A DNA stretch of 63,614 nucleotides, filler included, from Bipalium vagum (Eukaryota): NCBI GenBank assembly GCA_037834085.1. It is 3 parts of 3 records of this genome, joined end to end, with 100 filler letters (N's around TTAATTAATTAA, not from the genome) between each part and the next. Parts side by side here need not be neighbours in the genome. Positions count along the whole stretch, not along the records: positions 46,709 to 63,614 come from JBBMKC010086933.1; 2 more parts are not named here. One strand, given 5' to 3'. The first letter of the stretch is position 1. Each line of letters opens with the position of its first letter. The position numbers were made by a program, and so were the translations under genes. Shown piece after piece: positions 54,860-63,614 of the stretch. The notes beneath the pieces were generated by a model that saw only the letters and a list, made by a program, of their open reading frames with translations, was not told the DNA's origin and did no database searches.

Positions 54860-55650
54860 ATCGGAACGAATTCGTTTCCAAGAGGAGTTAGAATACGAAA
54901 AATTACAGATGAAATAAAAATTAGAATCTTTAAGTTATTAATTTTACATTAAAAAAATTAGAGCAACTATTAATACTGAAATTTTAGTCTCTTTGAGTTT
55001 CAGCCCTATTTTCGATGCGTTGAAATTTTTTCATTATATGTAAAAAAAATAGTCCATATCATTTCTCAACGACGAAATGATATGAAAAACATTCCTATTC
55101 GTTTTAATTATGCAAATAAATTTCTTGAGTTTGAAGAATTTATTTTTCTTGATGAAGTATGTTTTATCGTGTCAATGAGACGTAAGTTTGGGAACTCCTA
55201 CATCGACTGCTCCTGCTATTAAAACGCGTTAAATTTCTGTATGTTCTGCAATATCAAAATACAGAGTACTTTTTCATAAAGTATCATTATTACCATATAA
55301 TGGAGATTCGTTTCTAAAATATATCAAGGAATTCTTTCAAATTCTTTACGGGGAAGATTTGAGAAATTACGTTCCATTTCACAGTAGAATTTCTGTTTCT
55401 GAAACGTTTTCAGAGAATGGTCATGTTTTATCATTTCTCCCCACATATTCAACATTTCTCAATTCTATTGAGAATATGTTTTCCAGTGGAGAAATTCTGT
55501 TAGGGTCTTTTTACTAAAGAATAAGGAAGATCTTTTTTCCGCAATTCATAATGTCTTGGTAACAATATCAAGCGATAACTTGGAAGGGTATTATCGAAAT
55601 ATAAAAAGATATATCCGGTTATCGCTTACAAAAGCATTTATTACTGTGTA
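54860..55650 (+). mobile_element. IS630-like DD34E transposase relic
   Basis: RKITDEIKIRIF, FIFLDEVCF, FLPTYSTFLNSIENMFS.W and NLEGYYRNIKRY. Confidence 0.85.
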
Positions 55651-57939
55651 TATATAGTTTATAGTGTATATATAGTTTACATGTAAATTTAAATATATGT
55701 TTAATCTTTTTGTATTTATTTTACCATAATCTCAATGAGTAATCAAAAAATTATTAAATAGAGCCGAAAACCCTGCAAGTTTAAGTTTTAAAATTAATTA
55801 TTATATATAAATAATATAAATAATAATATAAATTCAAAAATTTTTAATTTTTATTATAAGAATTTATATACTACATAAATTCTATGTTATTAATATTAAT
55901 ATTACTTAGATACAATAATATTACATTATTTGTAATACCTTTTGTGGTTGCAAGATTTTGATGCAACCGTAACATTAAGAAGAAAATTTATACTTTCATG
56001 AATTCATCTTACAAGCAAGTGATAAATTCAATTTCTGAAAAATGCTGTATCTTTGGACCCGATAAAATCGAAATGTATTTTTCTATAATGGCATTCAATG
56101 ATTAAAAGTAAATTTAACTCGCAAAAAAAACATTTCATTTATTTTCTTTAAATCAATACATGATATTCATTGATAAAATTTTTATTTTCTAGGCAACCCC
56201 TCCGAATCCCGGATATCAATGTTCAATCACACCACCATAGCTTAGCACCAATTAATGAATATATTAATAAAAAAATCATTTTTTAAAAAGATTAACGAGG
56301 ATCACTAATACCACAAAAAATCTTGATTCTTTCAAAGTGAGAAAATCATTTAGATAAAATTATCAAAAGCCTGAAAAATTTATCTTTAAAATGTTTGGCT
56401 TTAGAATTCCTCTATATGTGGTACTATTTTACAATTAATAATCAATTTCCCAATATACTTTTCATATATATTTCTTTATAATGTTAAATTTTACACAATT
56501 TTTATTTGAAATTTAAACCACAAAAAAATTATTGAGTATGGATAAACCAGTCGTCCTCGAAGTATTGATTTTAATAGATAACTTTTTAATTTATAATAAT
56601 AATTTTTAATAATAGCCCATAATAACCTCTAGCTATGTTTATTACACAAAGGGTCGTGCCAACAATATTAAAACGCTTATGTGGATAAATAAAAACTGAT
56701 TATATTGTTTTCAATCTCCATATTGCAAGTCATTCTATTTTTCTGATTCAAAAAACACTCGTTTCACATTTATCAAATTAATGTAACTTTAAAATTAGTT
56801 GGAGGAACAATTACTTCGCTAAGACCTTTAACCGATGACCATCAACAAACAAGCATATTTTGAAGAAATATTGTGAAACTTTAGTTTTAAATTAATTCAT
56901 AGGACCAAAAGCAACACCATTGGTAATTAATTAACACCCATAATAATGAATGAAAGAATTACCTATGTAGACACTGCTACTCTGAAAATAAGTCAATGAC
57001 TCAGATGTAGCTGGTTTGCAAGAATAATCTGTCTTTAATTGAAGCAGTATGTGATATTTGTCTCGAAAAAATCTTCAAGAAATGGCAAAGACCAGAGCTG
57101 ATAGTTCAGAAAAACATGCGATTTCAAGATTCTAGAGAGTTGACTTAATCATCACAGATGCAGAGTAAAATATTTACATGGTTGATCTAAATTGTTTCTT
57201 AATTCTTTTTTAAATTACTTTCTATTTCTCATGAACTATAAACTTTAAAAATTGGAAAAACAAAAAATTATGATTTTCCATATCTTATTTATATTAATTC
57301 TTACCATTTACTTTTTTGTGCTAGCGTTATTTCATAGTTACTTAATTTTTCAATGTGCTCTTACTACTACGGTCAATTACTTAACATACAGATACTGTAT
57401 TTAACCTTACTAGTAAAAATAAAGGTTTCGTATTATTTTGATTCTTAATTATATTTCCTTATGGGGTTTCGAGAGGTTTCGTCTTTTATTTATTAAGTTT
57501 TTTAAACTTTAGTTTTCCCTTTATTTCATTATTTATTTTATTTTATTTCTTAAATATCAGCTTCAGTCCGCCAGTACGTGCATCATTACCATACCTTTTT
57601 GCAAGTTATTTTTATTTAATTTGCTTTTTAATTTAATTAATTAATGTAATTTTTCAAATAAAGAGACAACAATGTTAATTCACTAAAATAATGCAATAAA
57701 TAATTGATAGTAAAATGTAAAACTAAGATCATAAAGTAATGTTTTTATGGAGTTTGATTGAATTGGGTGGTTTTCTTTTTTGAATTCGTGATTTGAGAAT
57801 TGAGTTGATTTGAATTTCATTTAATTATTGTATTTTCTCTTTGACTAGCACAAAATAAATATATCTCGAATTTCTATACCGAGTTTTTTTTCTATACTCT
57901 TTTAGCACTATCCTAATTTAGTGACTACATAATAATAGT

Positions 57940-58230
57940 AAATAATACTGTTAGAAGTTTATCGTATTCCGAAAGACAAAGTCAGAAAATTAAGGGAAAT
58001 AAAATATTTTTCCCACAATTTTTTTACAGTCAACGACTGGATTGATCGGCTGGCTGAAAAACCCATTATAAAAGGAGAGTTTAACATAATTATATGTAGA
58101 AAAGAAAGTTTATAATTATGTTTAGATTAAATAAGAGTTTTTGGGAATAATAGACAAGAATCATGTGACATTTGTACGAGATGATACCAGACAAATTGGA
58201 TGCACTTTTAAAACAGTACATAACTTAATG
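57940..58230 (+). mobile_element. Possible piggyBac transposase fragment
   Basis: KGNKIFF.NFFT resembles the DNFFTS motif but needs a frameshift. Confidence 0.3.
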
Positions 58231-58239
58231 AGATCTAAC

Positions 58240-58900
58240 TTTCAAATATGTTCATATACAATTCAAATACTTCATCAGCTACATAACAAAGATTATGCGT
58301 AAAGAGAAGCAATAAAATACTTAATGATTCAGGTTTCCTTGGAAATCTCTTTATCAAAAGCAAATTTTCATTCAAAAAAAATTTATTAACATAAACAATT
58401 ACAGAATTTGAGGAGCTCAACAGTCCATTGCAATTATAATAAGATACTATTCCAATCCAAATCAATATTTGAATTGGTATTTCCATATCACTTATTTAAG
58501 ATTTCTTTATAAAAATATTAATGGCTCAAACTGTTTAGATATACTTTAATCTTCATACCACAACTTTGTCGGAGAACAAGATCAAAAGTAAATTATCAAT
58601 AGGATGGAGCTCTGATCTTTACTCACTTGAAGTTAGAAATTTTAACATCACATTTTACCAATAATGGATTTGGAAAGAGCAGGAACCTTCCTTTGGCCTA
58701 TAAGATCACCAGATCTTTCCCCAATAGATTTCTTTCTTTGGGGATATCTAAAGACAAAGGTTTATACAAGAAAACCGAAGAAGCCATAGGATCTGACAGA
58801 TGGAATCGAAGAGACAGGTGAATAATCAACATAAGTGTTTAAAAATCCTGACTTATCTTTATTTTTGATTACAACATCGTATTAGTGTTAATGGATATTC
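58240..58900 (+). mobile_element. DD41D (DUF4817-type) transposase relic
   Basis: YTIQILHQL, NYRI*GAQQ, YQ*DGA and GRAGTFLWPIRSPDLSPIDFFLWGYLKTKVY. Confidence 0.88.
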
Positions 58901-59900
58901 TGTTGAGAAATATTAATTTTTAATAAATGTATTTCATCGGGTCAAAAATCCAGTATTATCTTAACTATGTATAAAAATATTACATTCCAAAATTATATTC
59001 TTTAGAGAAGGTAAAAAGTATCACAAAAAATAAATTTTTGCGTTAATACAATTTAACTGTCAGTAAAGTTGATTAGAACTACTAAGACCTTAAGATTTGT
59101 AATATTGAACCATATCAATTTTATATAAAAATAGAGTAATTATTACAAAAATGAGTAAATATTTTTTTTAGAAAATTAAAATTAAATTTTTTTTGCTTTT
59201 GTTTTTATAAATATATGGTTCGAATTTTATGGGTTATAAATTTTCACTATTTTAAGTTTATTTGCGCATTTCAATTTTTAAACGCTTGAAAACAATTTTA
59301 TTAGACATTTTAAATTTGAAAACAAATTTTATTACGCATTTAAATTTTTTACATTTCTAATCTTGCTAAATATGATTATTATAACTTTGTCCCACTTCCT
59401 TATCATTACAAACTGCCAGATGCCGAGATTTCCTTATAAATGTTATTTGTGTAAATTATTGAAGATTTTAGAACCAGGTGTGTTATTTAACGTATAGAAT
59501 TTACTTGTGATTTTATTGCTGTCTATTTTAGTAACATCAGAATAATAATTGCAAAAATATTTGCATTTAAAGTTTTAGTCAAATTAAAATTAATAAACTC
59601 TAACTAGAAATTAAATTATTCAAGTAAATATCTAAGTACGAAGTTTTAAGATGGAATTAAATGCAGATTATCATAACTTAAGAGATTATAAAGTTGATAT
59701 AATTGTTGAGGTTCAGCTCCCATCTTTGAAATCTTCTGTAATTAAAATTTTTGGCGAAAAATAAAGATTAAATAAGAGCTGGCTAATTTAAATCATGTAA
59801 TTTAATTATTAATTATTAATTGAAATTAATTAACTAAATTTTAAAAAATTGAATTTTAAATATTATTTTAGGAGCAACTACTGATTTTTAATCAGTAGCA

Positions 59901-60313
59901 TGTCACCCTAAAATTCCTAAATTAAATTTTTTAGAAAATTAATCTATTTTTAGAAATAATTAAATATAGTAAGGACGTCATGATTGACAGCTTAACTGGC
60001 CAATCAGAGACGCTAAAATCAGCCCTGAAAAAGTATATAAGCCTACGAAAATTCATTATTCTTCGCCCAGAAAATTATCAGGTATGATTATGATAATTTT
60101 ATTTTTGCTCACCAGGGTTGTCCCTGGCACAGCCTTATAATTATTTAAGTGTTTGAATGAGTCACTGCCTTTGTAACAGCTTTGTTTGGGGAAGAGGGCT
60201 TAGTGAAAATGATCTCAATCATGACTTGATAAGTATCACACCATTCAATCCGAAATTAAGTAACTATTTATACTAATTATCAAACATTGCGCTTAGAGAG
60301 AAGATCAGTGACA
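59901..60313 (+). mobile_element. Probable 5' LTR of an LTR retrotransposon
   Basis: Perfect 6-bp inverted ends TGTCAC...GTGACA. CCAAT near 60000 and TATATAA near 60034. A PBS-like ttgcgacc lies just downstream. Confidence 0.6.
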
Positions 60314-62262
60314 GATTTGCGACCTTGGTCAGCATTCGTAATCTTATACTAGGCTCTGTTAAGATCTTTAATGAAGGGTACTCGCGACAATCAGCCTTTG
60401 GACCTTCTTTCATTGTGTGCACCTACCATTGTAGGAGGAACAATTTCCCATCGACTAACAGATAAGAGACTAGGCTAGGCTTTATGGAAAATTATCTAAA
60501 CATATTTTGATGAGACAAAAACTGCAGAATAGTAGTATTTATTCTAAAATAGTATTTTTACTGACCACTAAATCTCATGCAGCAACACAATGCTCACAGC
60601 TTATTACTGACTTATAAAATTACTCACAATGTCAATAATGTCAGGCACCAAATGCATTTCAGAAATATATCATTTCAAAGAAATCTTTCAATATGTTGAA
60701 AGTGAATGGATCCTTGGTAGTATAGAGCATACAATAGATAACAGTTTTTCTACTTAATGTACTTAAATCGCTCTCAAGAAACTTTAACAAAATTATTTTA
60801 ATAAAGGTCAAGTCCGGATAAATAATTTATACTACAATGGCATTTTGTAAAATAAATATTAATATGAATTTGCTAACCATTCTAATTCATAAAAATAAAA
60901 AAATTAATTATTTTTAGTTTTTCACTCTTATTTATCTTTGTGTGATTTGATTAATTTTTTTTTATTTTATTCTAATAATCTTGGTTTGATGAATATTAAT
61001 CAATGTATAATTATTTCAAATAATATTGACTTAATGTCTTATAATAAGGTAATTAATTGACAGAAACAAGTAATAAAGTTGCATAAAGTAAATATTTAAT
61101 TTGAACTCAAAAGATAATGTGATTTAGGTTTAAAAAATAACATTGACAAAATATTCGACCTTGGAGATACATATACCAAAATATAACCATATTATTTTAC
61201 ATTATTGTTAAGAGAAATTAATTATAAGAGAAATTAATTATAATAAGAGAAAGAAATTATAAAATACGCAGTAAATTTAATAAAGATAATAATAAAAATA
61301 TAAAACTTATCAATATTACCCCATAATTAAGATCAAATTGTTGATTGGTTACATTAGAATAATTTATACATTTTATTACGTTTAAAAGTGAAGTCAGTTT
61401 GACAAATATAAGGATAAAATAAAAATAAAACCGGTAAATTTTACATCGAATATAATTCACAAAAAATTTTTAGTTCAGTAATGGTTTTATATAGTACCAA
61501 TCAGAGGCAATCCTGACATGATTTTGGAAACATTTTTGTGGCAGGTTAATAATTTACTATTTATTAATTTATTTTTAAATATAAATTTTTTAAATTAATT
61601 AAAAATCCATCAGTAACACAATTTCAAACCACCTTTTATAAAAAAAGATTATGTAACAATATTTAAGTATTAAGTATTTTAAATACAAAATATTTTAAGG
61701 AATAACTCTTGAAAGTTTCAAAATGAAATTCTTAAAGCGATAATTTACAAAAGCAGGATAACAATTTTGAACTAGAATCAATTTTACTATTTTCACATTC
61801 ATTTCTCAGTTTTCTCACAACAATAAATAACATAATAAAGTATAATCTTACCTCGTTGAAAAGGTTCAATAATTTGATTTCTTCTGAAAAGTTTAAGTGT
61901 GGAATAAATACAACTTTCATAAAAGAAAACAATGGCAATTTTAGTAACTTAAAACAAATTTAATGATTAAAAGAAATAATTTGATTAAATAATACAGACA
62001 TACTTATTACATAATTAATAAATAATTAAACATAATATTAACTATAATTTAATTATAAAAATAAATTTTTAATTAATATTAATGAATATCTTTTAAAAAT
62101 TCTTGATGATTAAATATTAATATTATTAATAACTAAAATTAATAAAACTTTTGAGATTACATATAATTTATTCAATACATTTTCTTTGATTGTATGATTC
62201 TTAAGACTTTAGACTAACTGCATTATAATATTTCTTCATATGAACAACAATTCAAAAAATGA

Positions 62263-62505
62263 ATGATATTCAGACAACAAAGACTACAATGGAATGAAAA
62301 TTGGGAAGTTAACGAAGTTGAATCCTTACCAAATAATGTTAGGGATAAAACAAATTCAATTAAAGTAGAACCAAACACTTATGAATTGATTAAAACAAAG
62401 GCATTAAGGATACTCAATGAAGAGAGAACCAAAAGATACAACTATTACAATTAATTAACAAGTTTTGAAGTATATTCAACAAGTCAGATCATGATATAGG
62501 AAAAT
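62263..62505 (+). mobile_element. Gypsy pol fragment (pre-RT spacer)
   Basis: LINKF*SIFNKSDHDIGK resembles the Gypsy F.DIFS..D.DIG motif. Confidence 0.45.
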
Positions 62506-62596
62506 TAATATTGTTGGGTTTGTCAAAGGCACCAACCGTGATGATTATAATAATGATAATAATAATAGTAGTAATAAAGTCTACCCTTTAATATTA

Positions 62597-63400
62597 CTAC
62601 AATTGGGAACCTTAAAAGTTGGAAAAAATTAGAATTTGGCAAAATTTAGAGGGCAAATGAATACATAGTAAATATAACACACTAATACAGATAAAAAAAT
62701 TCTTTAAAAATCCACAAATATTTATTTAAAATACAAGTTTTTCATTCCTTCAAAAAATAATGCATAATTGTCTTCTGCATGCTGTTTAACGTTTGCTTAT
62801 TAATGACTTCAATATTCATTAGGGAAATATTGTCATCACTTGTAAGATTATCTAAACTTACTACGTAGAATTTTAATTCATGAAAATAATTCAATACTGT
62901 TTGCAAACTTAATTTTGTAATGACTTTATTCTTGTCTTCATTAGATCCTATTTCTTCAACTAAAGCATTATCATCTAAACATAAAATTGGATCGCAAAAG
63001 TGGTTCTGTGGTTTTAAATCCAATTCAATCATTTCTTTTTGATTAATTGGATCAATAATTTCTAATCTCTGTATTAATTCACTAAGGTTATCACTTTCCA
63101 GATTTTCAATAGTTTCTTTTGATTTTACCAATCCTGTTTTCGCCCAACAATTTACAATTGTTGATTGAGAAATATCTTTCCAACTACATGACAGGTAAAT
63201 AATATTATCTTTTAGAGTTATTTCTTTAAACAACAATTCAGCATGTTTTTCTTGTGTTATTTTATTGACAATATATGATAGAAGATGATGATAATATTTT
63301 GCTTTAATACTTTTTTAATATTCCGGAATCCAACGGTTGAAGTCCCGTTGTTGAATTTTTTGGAAGAAAAAGAATTTCAATAAATTTCATTATCTAAATA
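62597..63400 (-). mobile_element. pogo/Tigger transposase 3' part
   Basis: EILFLPKNSTTGLQPLDSGI, SWKDISQSTIVNCWAKTGL and C-terminal QKTIMHYF. The C-terminal ORF 62742-63236 is open. Confidence 0.9.
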
Positions 63401-63614
63401 ATTCTTTATTGATCTTCTATTAACTTTCTTAGAAAATTTGAGTGAAAATTTTTCCGCCACTCTAGTATGCTTTATAATAGACTTTTTCTTACAGTATTCT
63501 AATATTTCTATTTTTTTCTTTTAAAGATATGCTTTTCCTTTTCATTATTAGACTAAAAAATAAATTTATTAAAATTTAGAAATAAATAGATTTATACTCA
63601 AACCCACTAATAAA

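Noticed and set aside
58235-58486. 83-aa minus-strand ORF
   Set aside because: It is the antisense shadow of the plus-strand DD41D transposase relic.
1-63614. CRISPR arrays or prokaryotic operons
   Set aside because: There is no repeat-spacer periodicity or gene-dense organisation, and the content is eukaryotic repeat-rich DNA.

Overview
This is very AT-rich eukaryotic DNA, probably from an invertebrate animal, with three assembly gaps. I could not identify any intact host gene. The window is mostly decayed transposable elements. These include about 20 Tc1/mariner (DD34D) copies from several subfamilies, three DD41D (rosa/DUF4817-type) relics, three IS630-like DD34E relics, four pogo/Tigger relics and a possible piggyBac fragment. 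It also holds Gypsy pol and LTR relics, a probable Penelope relic, and a fossil Polinton/adintovirus-type DNA polymerase B directly abutting a Gypsy integrase. The most notable items are the PolB fossil, a tRNA-Ala-derived SINE head followed by a degenerate hammerhead-like core, a DD41D element sharing the TA target site of a mariner, and an unexplained coding-like block at about 10.3-12.2 kb. All calls come from manual translation and motif recognition, and element boundaries are approximate unless termini are stated. I found no intact novel system.
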